From the IMG/VR virus record IMGVR_UViG_3300031918_000006, positions 32,001 to 96,000 of that record: a stretch of DNA of 64,000 nucleotides. One strand, written 5' to 3'. Shown piece after piece: positions 1-9,788 of the stretch. Below the pieces are notes generated by a model. That model had not been told where the DNA came from. It made no database searches and was given only the letters and a program-made list of their open reading frames with translations. The translations under genes and the position numbers were made by a program. This DNA comes from a virus. The first letter of the stretch is position 1. Each line of letters opens with the position of its first letter.

Positions 1-2
1 CT

Positions 3-1481
3 GGAACTAATTACTCTTCTGGATATGATAAAGTTTGGACATTTACTCCAGAATCAGGGAAATTACTAACAGTATATGATAAACAGAATATATTATTAGC
101 TCTTTCTGATAATAGTAAACTGTATTTTTACAGGTCTGCTAATAGTTTAAATACAATAACTTATGGACAAGATGAATTAATAGATATTCACGTTAATGGT
201 GATGTAATTTCCAATATGCAAACTACTTTAGCTAAGCCTAATTTAAAAATTAATTTTGTAGTAGCTCCTGTTACTTTATACAGTACTCCAGAGTTAAATA
301 AAGTACAGGCAGACTCCATTGCAAGAGATGGATGGTTATTTGCAATAGGTTGTATAAATTCTGCATCTGCTTCCCTTGATACTCAGGAATATTTCCTAAC
401 TTTGCAGGGAAAAGAATTGTATAAGAATCCTACTTTTAATTATAGTTTCGCAGGTAATGCCAGTACAACTGTTTATGATAATCAGTATTTTGAAATTAAT
501 AAAAACACAGCTATTGTAGATGGTAAAACTGTAGAGAGTAGTTATATAGCTATTAATCCACAAGCACTTTATGCAGATACTCCTGATGTGAAATTTACAA
601 AATTGCTAAACTTCTTTGATAGAATATATTTTGCATTTTTAGTAAACTTAAATGTAATTTTAAATCCTCTCGGAAATCAAGGTACTACTGGAGTTTCTGG
701 AAGTGATAAATTTCAAGATTCTTTATATATTAGACCTAGTTTAGAAACATTAACTAGCTTACTTACTTTATTTAGTAATAGTTTAACTTGTCCTCCTTTA
801 AGAGGAACTAGAGGTGTTTTAGCCCCTGATATTCCATTAACAGAAACTCAAAGACTTGCTTTAGTAAGTTCATTAACAAAAACTATTGAGAGATATAAAG
901 CTAATACTACTACTAATTTGTGGAAACATGGACAATCAGGTATTTTTGAGCACGAAGGAGAATTTCTTCCAGCTAATTGGTATGGTGAACAACATTCTTT
1001 TGAATTTGAGTTTGTAGTAAATGGTGATGAATTAGGTATACATAAAATGTTTGATAATCTTAAAATTATCTCTAATAAAGTACAACCTTCTTCCTTTGAA
1101 TTTCAAATAGTAGGAGATGTTTATGATTTTACCTCAAATAATGGAGAAATAACTAAAGATCCTATGTTCCCATATGGAGATAAATATACTTTAATGAATG
1201 CTTTACAAGTAGAATATGTAAAGACAAAAGAAAAGAGATTGCTCATGCATCAACCCGCAATTAATGTAGATACAGTGGGTTTACGTAAAGGAAATGTTTA
1301 TTATAAAGAAGATATGTGGGAAGTTCAAATACAACCTATTAAAGTTAAAAAAGTATCTTCTGGAAAAATGACAGAAACTAAAATCAGAGATAAATATTGT
1401 ATAGTAAAAATACAATATACTGGAGATCAGTTAGCAATCATTACTGCACTCCAGACTTTATATACATTAAGTTACTCATAA
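3..1481 (+). CDS. Virion tail/structural protein, C-terminal part (5'-truncated by window edge)
   Basis: Frame is open from position 3 (GGA ACT AAT...) to the ATG at 216, so the gene starts before the window. The C-terminus (FEFEFVVN...HKMFDNLKIISNKVQP...KIRDKYCIVKIQYTG) resembles crAss-like tail stabilization/muzzle-type proteins; recalled similarity only. Confidence 0.55.
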   Translation, partial: GTNYSSGYDKVWTFTPESGKLLTVYDKQNILLALSDNSKLYFYRSANSLNTITYGQDELIDIHVNGDVISNMQTTLAKPNLKINFVVAPVTLYSTPELNKVQADSIARDGWLFAIGCINSASASLDTQEYFLTLQGKELYKNPTFNYSFAGNASTTVYDNQYFEINKNTAIVDGKTVESSYIAINPQALYADTPDVKFTKLLNFFDRIYFAFLVNLNVILNPLGNQGTTGVSGSDKFQDSLYIRPSLETLTSLLTLFSNSLTCPPLRGTRGVLAPDIPLTETQRLALVSSLTKTIERYKANTTTNLWKHGQSGIFEHEGEFLPANWYGEQHSFEFEFVVNGDELGIHKMFDNLKIISNKVQPSSFEFQIVGDVYDFTSNNGEITKDPMFPYGDKYTLMNALQVEYVKTKEKRLLMHQPAINVDTVGLRKGNVYYKEDMWEVQIQPIKVKKVSSGKMTETKIRDKYCIVKIQYTGDQLAIITALQTLYTLSYS

Positions 1482-1495
1482 TAAATTAAATAAAT

Positions 1496-2533
1496 ATGGC
1501 AGATCCATTGACATCAGATCCTAAACAGCAACAATATACACCATTTAAAGCTTCCGATATTTTAAGTATCGGGAGCATATTTGGAGATGGTTCAGCTGGA
1601 GGAGGAAAAAGAGCATCATTAGTAGACGGATTAATTAATTCTGGAGTTACAGGAGCAATGGCTTATGAACAGAATAACACTAAAGGTGGTACTAAATTTC
1701 AACAAGGTTTAAATAAGAACGCTGCTATTTTTAGTGGCGTTACTGGAGCAATTAGTATGATTCCAGGCGTAGGTACTGCTATTAGTGCAGGATTAACAGG
1801 AGCAAATTATTTATTAGGTAAAACAGCTAAAAATGCCAATAGAATTGGATTAGGTTCTACTTTAGGAACTTCTTCTGGATACGGGGGAACTGCTTCTAAT
1901 ATAGGAGAGCAGGCTAGTAACATTTCTGCTTATAATAATGCAGGAGGTACTAAATTGTTTGGGGGAAATAGAGGAAAACTTAATGAAATTACAAAAAAAC
2001 TAAAAGGATTTCAAAGTACAGCAACAGGAATAGTACAAAATGCTCAAAGACAAATGGCAGCAATTCCAGGAGCAGCACAAAATATTGGTATGCAAAATGA
2101 AATTAATTTTAAAGGCCTCCCAGAAGTAGCAATTGGTAAAAAAGGATTAAAATTAAATACAGAATTCTTAAAAGAATTTAGAGCTTTTAAAGCTGGCGGT
2201 AGTATTGAACTTATTAAAGGTTCTCCTCAAAATGTGATTGTTGATGGTAAACTTCATAAAGAGTTAAATCACATGGAAGATGTTACTGATACTGAAATTA
2301 CTAAAAAAGGGGTTCCTGTTTTAGAAATGGAAGAGGGAGGTCAACTAGGAGAGTAGACTGCTGAGTTAGAAAGAGATGAAATTATTTTTCATCTTCAATT
2401 AACAAGAACTCTAGAAGAACTAGAAAAAGAAGGTACAGATGAGGCTATGATTAAAGCTGGTAAGATTCTTGCAAAAGAAATCTTAAAAAATACCAAAGAC
2501 TCTAGAAGTAAACTATTAAAAAATATACAATGA
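1496..2533 (+). CDS. Gly/Ala-rich virion cargo protein with an internal TAG at 2354-2356 (345 aa if read through, 286 aa if TAG stops)
   Basis: After TAG the frame continues TAELERDEIIFHLQLTRTLEELEKEGTDEAMIKAGKILAKEILKNTKDSRSKLLKNIQ to TGA at 2531-2533, which overlaps the next ATG (ATGA). Hydrophobic Gly-rich segment AIFSGVTGAISMIPGVGTAISAGL. Confidence 0.7.
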
Positions 2534-3132
2534 TAACAATAGAAGTTAACGATAAAGTCTATAAAGTAGAAGTGGCTCAAACAGATGAAGAAAAAGAAAA
2601 GGGATTACAAAATGTACAAAGTCTCCCAGAAGATGAAGGATTACTATTTGATTATGGTGAACCACAATCTGTGTCTTTTTGGATGGACCAGACTTTAATT
2701 CCCCTGGATATCATCTTTATTGATGAGTATGGAGAAGTAATATCAGTAATAGAAGGAAAACCAAATGATAGAACTCCTATTACAGAGGAAAACGTATGTT
2801 ATGTATTGGAATTAAATGCAGGATCAGGTGTTAGTAAAGGAGATGATGTAGATCTTTCTGAATTAGAAGAGGATTATCAAGACGAAGAAGATGAAGAAAC
2901 TGCAGAACCTACACCTAATAAAATGCATGTATTAACTGAGAATGGGGAATCTCAGATGGAATTGGACGGTGGAGAAAGAATCTTTTCTAGAATTCACACT
3001 AGAAAATTAATATCTCTCTCAAAAAAAGCTACTAAATCTAAGAAAGATTCAGATTATAAAAAATTAGGTAAAAAAGTTTTCGATTATATTGACAAACAAA
3101 ATACTCAGAAACAGGAATTCACGCAAGTATAA
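2530..3132 (+). CDS. DUF192-family protein with acidic linker and basic C-terminal extension
   Basis: VEVAQTDEEKEKGLQ...GLLF...FWMDQTLIPLDIIFID...YVLELNAG matches the DUF192 pattern. Confidence 0.8.
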   Translation: MITIEVNDKVYKVEVAQTDEEKEKGLQNVQSLPEDEGLLFDYGEPQSVSFWMDQTLIPLDIIFIDEYGEVISVIEGKPNDRTPITEENVCYVLELNAGSGVSKGDDVDLSELEEDYQDEEDEETAEPTPNKMHVLTENGESQMELDGGERIFSRIHTRKLISLSKKATKSKKDSDYKKLGKKVFDYIDKQNTQKQEFTQV

Positions 3133-3139
3133 ACGAGAA

Positions 3140-3163
3140 AAGCCGGAGACTTTACTCCGGCTT
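3140..3163. terminator. Intrinsic terminator hairpin, best U-tract on the - strand
   Basis: AAGCCGGAG-acttta-CTCCGGCTT, perfect 9-bp stem, preceded by an A-run. Confidence 0.75.
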
Positions 3164-3300
3164 ATTGCTTTGAGATATTTAAATGGGTTAAAGAGAGTCT
3201 ATTAAGACATACCTACTTTCTGTTTTGTAAACTCAAAGTCTATACCACAAATATAAGTATTATTTTCAAGTAACCTCTTGAAAATATTATTTATTTACTA

Positions 3301-3331
3301 TTGTACTTTACCAAAAATTTGAGTACTTTTG
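3301..3331 (+). promoter_or_regulatory. Bacteroidota sigmaA-type promoter (-33 TTG, -7 TAnnTTTG)
   Basis: TTG at 3301-3303, 20-nt spacer, TACTTTTG at 3324-3331, upstream of the ATG at 3378. Confidence 0.6.
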
Positions 3332-3377
3332 GCATCGTATATATACAACAGAATGTTTAATTAAACTATTATTTACT

Positions 3378-3809
3378 ATGAAATTTAAAGTCAAGTATTT
3401 ACAAGAAGGAGGCCCAGTTGCCCCAGAACAAGGTGGAGCACCTGCTGCACCAGAACAAGGTGGAGCTCCCGCAGAAGGCGGGGCACCAGCTGAAGGAGGT
3501 GGTGGACAAGATCCTCTAATGCAAATTGCAGAAATGTTTTCACAAGCACTACAATCACAAGATTGCGCAGCGTTATCACAAGGAGCTCAAATGTTTCTAC
3601 AGTTGATTTCTCAAGCACAAGGTGGTGGCGCAGGCGGAGCACAAGGTGGAGCACCTCCAGAACAACCAGTCTATATGAAAAAAGGTGGAAAATTTGTTCT
3701 AAAAGGTAAAAAACCCGGAAAATTTACTAAGTTCCAAGATGACGGAACTAAAGGGGCCAATTCTACAGAAATGGAGAAAAAAGGTGGTAAAATGAGCAAA
3801 AAATGCTAA
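3378..3809 (+). CDS. Small low-complexity Gly/Ala/Pro/Gln virion-associated protein
   Basis: APEQGGAP repeats; KYLQEGG, MKKGG and EKKGG motifs; flanked by its own promoter and terminator. Confidence 0.65.
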   Translation: MKFKVKYLQEGGPVAPEQGGAPAAPEQGGAPAEGGAPAEGGGGQDPLMQIAEMFSQALQSQDCAALSQGAQMFLQLISQAQGGGAGGAQGGAPPEQPVYMKKGGKFVLKGKKPGKFTKFQDDGTKGANSTEMEKKGGKMSKKC

Positions 3810-3829
3810 TTATTAAAACAAGGAAAGAG

Positions 3830-3855
3830 AGCAGGGAAATATCTCTGCTTTTTTT
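3830..3855 (+). terminator. Intrinsic terminator
   Basis: AGCAGGGA-aata-TCTCTGCT (one G-U pair) followed by a T run. Confidence 0.7.
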
Positions 3856-3874
3856 CTATTAAATTAATTTCACT

Positions 3875-6800
3875 ATGGGACAAGTACCAAAAAATATAAT
3901 ATATGCTGAAGCCGGGACTAAATTAACTTTTAATGTTAATGGAAAGGATGTTGCTTTAGATAAAGAAGCAGTTGAAGCTGCAGGAGCACAGAGTTTTGAT
4001 GAATTGGTAAAAGCAGGAGAATTGACTGAGAGGGATCGTCCTTCTTTTATGAAAACTGTTGGAAATTTTTCTTCACAAGCTCAAACTGGTAAATATAAAT
4101 TAAATACAGCAGGACCATCTTCTCTTATATCTATGGATTATGAAGGCCCTACTACTAATGCATTAATGGGAAAAACAGAAACTGGAGAAGCTTCTGAGAG
4201 AACCGCTGCTGGCAGATTTCTTTCTAAAAGACTTAAAAATGATGAGGCTAGCCATATGGGTAGACTTAATACTATTTTAGGCACTAAGATAGGCGCAATG
4301 GCATTAGGAGAACAAGAAAAAACTAATAAAGCTGAGGAAGCTACAAAAGTTAAAGCTGATTTACAAGCTAAAACTGCAGCTGATGCAGAAATTACAAAAT
4401 ATGCAGGAAAACCTCAACAATTTGCTGAGTATATGAATGCAAAATTAGGAGGTGGTCATAATGATGCTGTTGTTGCAGCAATGTCTCCTGATGAAAAATT
4501 AAGACATGCCAAAGAATATTTTGAAACTGTTTATCCTCAAGTGGGTAAATATGAAAAAAGTAAAGGCATTGATTTCTCAGAAATTGAAAAAAGTAAGAAA
4601 CCTGATGGAACCTATGATTACAATTCAGATTTCTTTACTAATTTTTATGGTAGATTATATGAGGATGAGGGTAGAAAACAAATGCAAGATTATTTTGGAA
4701 TCTCTCCAGTTCAAAAAGAACAAGAGACTCAAGATTTACTTAAAAAAGCCACAGAAGAAGCAGATGCAAATGCAGCAACAGCTAATCCTAATTATCATGC
4801 AGTTGGAGAAAATTTAGTAAGTAAATCTCCCCGTATTAATATAGGAGGTTTAAATTATCATGCAGTACTTTCTAAGGATCCTAAAACAGGCAAACAATCT
4901 TTAGAGTATGTAAGTCTCCCTGAAAATTTAGCTAGTGCTAAACATGATGCAATGTATACAGAATTAAAATCTGCTAAACGTATTCAAACTACACCGGGAG
5001 CTAATGGGGAAATCTTATTAAGAATGGATGGCAAATTATATCATATTCCAAAAGTAGGAGAAAATATTAAAGCAAGGCCTTCTGAAACATTTACAGGAGA
5101 AAGTCCAATTAAAACTGATATAACACAGTTAGTTCCTAGTTTAAAAAATTTTAGTTTAAACCCAACTAATGCTAATATTGCTAAACCTACAAAAAAATAT
5201 ACACGCACAGAAGATCCAGTTAATAAATGGTTGCATTCTGCAATAGGGATGGATAAAGATGGGGGAGTTATTACCTTACAAGCAGGTGGTGTTTTTGAAA
5301 ATAATATTCAAAAAAGACTTGCTGAAGAAGATGCTTATGAAGCAACTTTAAATAAACCTGAAACTACAACATCTCCAGAAACTTCTCCAGCAGCACAAGT
5401 AATTGCTAGTACAAAAGGAAAGACTTTACCAGGAGTAAAAGGAAAAGGAGCTCCTACTATTAAAGATTTATATGGAGCAGCTACTGATGATAATGTAGAA
5501 TTATCTGAGGCAGATAAACTAGATGCAGGAGCATTAGCCAGTGACTTTGCAGGTCTTGTTATAGGACTTACAGCAGGTGGAATAGGTGGATCTGCAGTAT
5601 CATCTGGTTTAGGATTAGCCTCTACTATTGCTACTGCTAAAGCTGATTATTTAAGGGATGGTACTTTTGGTATGGATGATCTTATTAAAACGGGTCTATC
5701 TTTAACAGCTGATGCTGCCACTTTATTTCCTTATTTAGGAGAAGGAGCTCAATCTTTAAAAATTGTACAACATCTTCCCAAAGTTGCTAAACTTTTAAAA
5801 TATGCTGGTTATGCAGGATTAGGAGCAGGAGCTTTGCAATTAGCTGATAAAATTCAATCTGGAGAAAAATCTATTACAGACTTAGATACTAATGATTTAA
5901 AATTAATTATTGGTGGTTTAAGAATGGCTTCTGCTGGAACTAGTATGGGAAAAACTGTTAAAAGTCAACCTGTAGAAGAGTTTGAGGGAAGAGTTATAAA
6001 TCCTGCAGGACAAGAAGTTCCAGCTACTTTTAAAAGAGTTGGAGATAGTTTTGTAACAGCTGATGAGGCTTTAAAAGATATGAAACCTGTGATGGAAAAA
6101 ACTAAATTTGGTTTAGGTAAACCTAGAATTGCAGGAAGTGCTGCTAGTGAAGTAAAAGTAACTCCAGAAGAAACAGAATCCTCTTCTTTCTTAGGAAGAA
6201 AAGCTATGGAAAGAAGGAATACTATGAGGACTGGTTTGAATAAAGAAGATAAAGCTAAAGAAATTGAATCTTTAATGCAGACTCAAAAAGCTAAAGATTT
6301 AGAAGCAATGACTACTAGAAAAGCAAAAAGTGCAGAAGGAGAAGCTCTTAAAAAAGAACCACCTAAAACACCTATCCCTACTATTATTAGAAGTAATAAA
6401 CGTGTTCCTCCTGTAGATAAAACGCCTATTACACCAGCACCTACTAGAGAAAATATTTTACAAGATATTTCTAAACAACCATTATCTCCTAAAGTACAAC
6501 AAATATTAGATAGAGTATCAGTACCAGTTCCTACCACTTCATCTGTGAATAAACCTACAGTGAAAGTTCCTAGAGTTAGTCCTGGTTCTAAAAAAGAGTG
6601 GGAAGCTGCAAAACAGTCTGAAAAAGAAACTGTTAAAATGCATAAAGCAGAAAGAAAAGGAATTAAAAACAAAACAATAGCTCCTAGACATCAAGATTCT
6701 ACATTAGCTTCTATTAATAGAAAATATCATAAAGGTGGTATCTTATATGCACAAGCTGGTACTACATTAGGAATGCAGTATGATCCAGAATCAGATTATA

Positions 6801-7969
6801 TAACACCAGGAACTGGAAAGTCTAATTTTATAATGAATACTTTAATTCCTAAATTAGCAGGATTTTCTATTAAACAACCTTTAAATACTAAAACTCCAGA
6901 CACCTTACTAGAATCTACAGCAAGAACTAGAAGGGCCACAGCAAATGGTGGATTCCCAACTTTAATGCAACAAAGATTAACACCTCAACCGATTGTATCA
7001 CATCCAGTTATACCAACAAAAAGTAGTGCTTTAGTGCAACCAAGTTCTGGGGGTTTAGGTAATTTAAAAGTAAATCTTAATAATAAATCTGCTATACAAG
7101 CAGCAGAAGCTATGAGAGTACTACTTTTAAATAAAAAAATAGGTCAGAGAGACACAAGAGTAGAAGCTCCTTTAGTATCAGCACCAGCCGAGGTAGCAAT
7201 GCCTGTGAGAGGTGATATGTTAACAGAAGCTGCTTTTGAGCAACAAGCCAATCAAATTAGAGGAAGTTATAGACCTACTTCAGATGCTACTAGAAATTTA
7301 GCAGAACGTTCTTCTTTAGAACAACAAGCTGGACAACGAATGGCACAAGGAGTTGCAGCTGATGCACAAGCTAGACAAACTTCTCAAGGTAGATCTATAG
7401 AAAATCTACTAAGAAATAATGAATTAAGATCTAGAACAACTGGTCAAAATACAGAGAGTTTAGCTAGAGCAGTACAAGGACAAAGACAAGCAGAAATTGC
7501 AAAAGGAGAAGAACAGACTGCAAATACAGATACTCTTTTGGCTTCTCAAATAACTGATAAGAAAAGTGAGATGCAACAAAAAGAGGGAATCATTAAAAAG
7601 ATGAAGATGGATCAACTCCAAAGGACTCTTGATATGTCCCCTGAATTTAGAGGATTACAACAACAATATTATCAAGAAAGTTTAAAGGGACAAGTTTCTC
7701 CTGAAACTCAAGCACGTTATGATAGATACCAACAAGCATTAGATAGAGGTACTAGCCAAGTTTATGGTTTACCTACATTTAAAACTGGAGGTTCTACTGA
7801 TGAAGTAGCCAAGTATGAAATGGATATGTATAAAGAAAGAAAAAAAGATAATAAAGAAGTAAATCAAATTTCTAATAAGTGGAAAGAAAAAGTTTCTGAT
7901 AAAAAACAAGATATCTCTGTTAAAGTTTCTAAAGAACTCACAGATTTTATCGCAAAAATTTTGAAATAA
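3875..7969 (+). CDS. Large virion cargo/ejection protein (1364 aa) with membrane-like segments
   Basis: Long ORF with hydrophobic Gly/Ala helices (ALASDFAGLVIGLTAGGIGGSAVSSGLGLASTIA), Pro-rich linkers and repeated xxGG motifs; lies upstream of the RNAP cluster. Confidence 0.6.
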   Translation: MGQVPKNIIYAEAGTKLTFNVNGKDVALDKEAVEAAGAQSFDELVKAGELTERDRPSFMKTVGNFSSQAQTGKYKLNTAGPSSLISMDYEGPTTNALMGKTETGEASERTAAGRFLSKRLKNDEASHMGRLNTILGTKIGAMALGEQEKTNKAEEATKVKADLQAKTAADAEITKYAGKPQQFAEYMNAKLGGGHNDAVVAAMSPDEKLRHAKEYFETVYPQVGKYEKSKGIDFSEIEKSKKPDGTYDYNSDFFTNFYGRLYEDEGRKQMQDYFGISPVQKEQETQDLLKKATEEADANAATANPNYHAVGENLVSKSPRINIGGLNYHAVLSKDPKTGKQSLEYVSLPENLASAKHDAMYTELKSAKRIQTTPGANGEILLRMDGKLYHIPKVGENIKARPSETFTGESPIKTDITQLVPSLKNFSLNPTNANIAKPTKKYTRTEDPVNKWLHSAIGMDKDGGVITLQAGGVFENNIQKRLAEEDAYEATLNKPETTTSPETSPAAQVIASTKGKTLPGVKGKGAPTIKDLYGAATDDNVELSEADKLDAGALASDFAGLVIGLTAGGIGGSAVSSGLGLASTIATAKADYLRDGTFGMDDLIKTGLSLTADAATLFPYLGEGAQSLKIVQHLPKVAKLLKYAGYAGLGAGALQLADKIQSGEKSITDLDTNDLKLIIGGLRMASAGTSMGKTVKSQPVEEFEGRVINPAGQEVPATFKRVGDSFVTADEALKDMKPVMEKTKFGLGKPRIAGSAASEVKVTPEETESSSFLGRKAMERRNTMRTGLNKEDKAKEIESLMQTQKAKDLEAMTTRKAKSAEGEALKKEPPKTPIPTIIRSNKRVPPVDKTPITPAPTRENILQDISKQPLSPKVQQILDRVSVPVPTTSSVNKPTVKVPRVSPGSKKEWEAAKQSEKETVKMHKAERKGIKNKTIAPRHQDSTLASINRKYHKGGILYAQAGTTLGMQYDPESDYITPGTGKSNFIMNTLIPKLAGFSIKQPLNTKTPDTLLESTARTRRATANGGFPTLMQQRLTPQPIVSHPVIPTKSSALVQPSSGGLGNLKVNLNNKSAIQAAEAMRVLLLNKKIGQRDTRVEAPLVSAPAEVAMPVRGDMLTEAAFEQQANQIRGSYRPTSDATRNLAERSSLEQQAGQRMAQGVAADAQARQTSQGRSIENLLRNNELRSRTTGQNTESLARAVQGQRQAEIAKGEEQTANTDTLLASQITDKKSEMQQKEGIIKKMKMDQLQRTLDMSPEFRGLQQQYYQESLKGQVSPETQARYDRYQQALDRGTSQVYGLPTFKTGGSTDEVAKYEMDMYKERKKDNKEVNQISNKWKEKVSDKKQDISVKVSKELTDFIAKILK

Positions 7970-9787
7970 ATGAGAATAAATATACAGAAATTACAAGCAG
8001 GAGGAGGTCTATTAACTTATAGACCAACTCCTTCCTTTCAGCAACAAGAAGCTCCTCCTGCTCCTCCAGCAGAAGCTCCAATCAGTGATGATCTATTAGA
8101 TAAGATGGTAGGAGCTGGTATCACTAATGATGTTATGGAATATGCTAATGAGGTCAATGCAAAATTTAATGCTTATAGTACAATGCCTGAGTCATTAAGA
8201 AATTCTAGTGTGGGACGTACCATCAGACAGAGTTTAAAGGGAGATAGAGGAAGACTAAATGAAATTCTTAGGTCTAAAAAATACTTTGATGATACTATTG
8301 AAACTAAGAAAAAGGCTATGTCAGAGTACGCTATTAAAGATGGCCAAGTACTTGTAAAAGATGCTGATAATAATATAGCCAATATGTCTTTAGCCCAATA
8401 CTCTCAAAATCTTCAAAGTGAAGAACCTAAATATAAAGCAATGACTAATGATGAGTTAAGAATTGCTAGAGAAACTGATCCCAGATTTGCTGGTAATAAC
8501 ACATTAATTGATATACTCTCCCATGCTACATCTACAGATGAAGTTACTGAAAGAGTTAGGAAAGCTTTAACTGATATAGGTAGTTTTACTAAAGGTCAAG
8601 CAGATGTATCTTATGAGCAACAGCAGATAGCAGATGGAGCCAATGCAGCTCTTAATAAAGGACTATCTTACGTTAAAACATCAGAGGGTGAATTTAAGCA
8701 ATCTAACGCTGAGAATTTAAAAAGAGCTGGTAATGCTATGTGGGCTAATTTGGATCCAGATTCTAAGGATTTACTTAGAATGAAAGTAGTTCAAACTAAT
8801 TTGTATAAACCTGAACAAATAGAGAGCGCGGCAATGGGATTAGCGTTATCTTTGTTGCACCCAAAAGAAACCGAAATAGACAAATCAACTTCTGGGGAAG
8901 GTAAACCTGGTACTACTAAAACTGGTGGTGCAGGTTCTGCTAATAAAGCAATCTTAGGATATTGGAAAGCTTCCGTTACGGGAGAAGGAGTTCCTGAAGA
9001 AATTTCTGTATTAAATGGAGATAGTAATAGAGTAGTGATGAAGGGTTGGACTATGGGACCTATGGAGACTGATAAAAAAATGCTAAAAGGTCCAACAAGT
9101 ATTGATAAAATTCCTGAATTAGGAAGTATTGGTGAGATGAATAGTGTATACTTCGGTGATAAACGAGTAGATTCAAGTAAATTTGATTCAGTTATATATG
9201 ATAATACTAAACCAGCTATAGTCATGATGCCTTTTAAAGAACAGGATGATGGAAGCATTATGCCAGACTTAGAAAGAGCTAGTGATTTAGAAGATGCTCA
9301 ACAAATCATCAAAAAACAAAATATTACATCACCAGAGATTAAAAAAGAAATTTACAGACAGCATAATTTTAATAGTTTTGATAGTAAAGGAGAACCTACA
9401 CAAGATGTAGAAGTAAGACCTTTCTTTACTTTCTCTGCTTTTTCAAATTCTAATGCTATTGAAGGAGATTCTAAATGGTTTAGTCCAAAAGATGATAGAT
9501 ATGATTGGTATAAAAAACAATTCGAAGAAGGTCCTAAAAAGACGGTTTCCTCTTCTTATTTTGACACCTCAATGTTTGCAGGATGGGCTAAACCAGATGT
9601 ATTAAAAGGAATGATTTATATACCAGTAAGAAAGGGAGCTGCATTCCTCTCAAATTATGCAGATCAAACAGAAGTTAAATTGCCTACTGAATTTGAAACA
9701 AATGAAGCATACGCAGGAAGCAAAAGAGCAGCTCCTGAATTTAGACAATTAGACAAAAAAACAAACTTAAGTTCAAGCACATTATAA
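7970..9787 (+). CDS. Virion cargo protein (605 aa), function unknown
   Basis: Abuts the previous stop (TAA ATG); N-terminal QKLQAGGG motif. Confidence 0.55.
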   Translation: MRINIQKLQAGGGLLTYRPTPSFQQQEAPPAPPAEAPISDDLLDKMVGAGITNDVMEYANEVNAKFNAYSTMPESLRNSSVGRTIRQSLKGDRGRLNEILRSKKYFDDTIETKKKAMSEYAIKDGQVLVKDADNNIANMSLAQYSQNLQSEEPKYKAMTNDELRIARETDPRFAGNNTLIDILSHATSTDEVTERVRKALTDIGSFTKGQADVSYEQQQIADGANAALNKGLSYVKTSEGEFKQSNAENLKRAGNAMWANLDPDSKDLLRMKVVQTNLYKPEQIESAAMGLALSLLHPKETEIDKSTSGEGKPGTTKTGGAGSANKAILGYWKASVTGEGVPEEISVLNGDSNRVVMKGWTMGPMETDKKMLKGPTSIDKIPELGSIGEMNSVYFGDKRVDSSKFDSVIYDNTKPAIVMMPFKEQDDGSIMPDLERASDLEDAQQIIKKQNITSPEIKKEIYRQHNFNSFDSKGEPTQDVEVRPFFTFSAFSNSNAIEGDSKWFSPKDDRYDWYKKQFEEGPKKTVSSSYFDTSMFAGWAKPDVLKGMIYIPVRKGAAFLSNYADQTEVKLPTEFETNEAYAGSKRAAPEFRQLDKKTNLSSSTL

Positions 9788-9788
9788 T

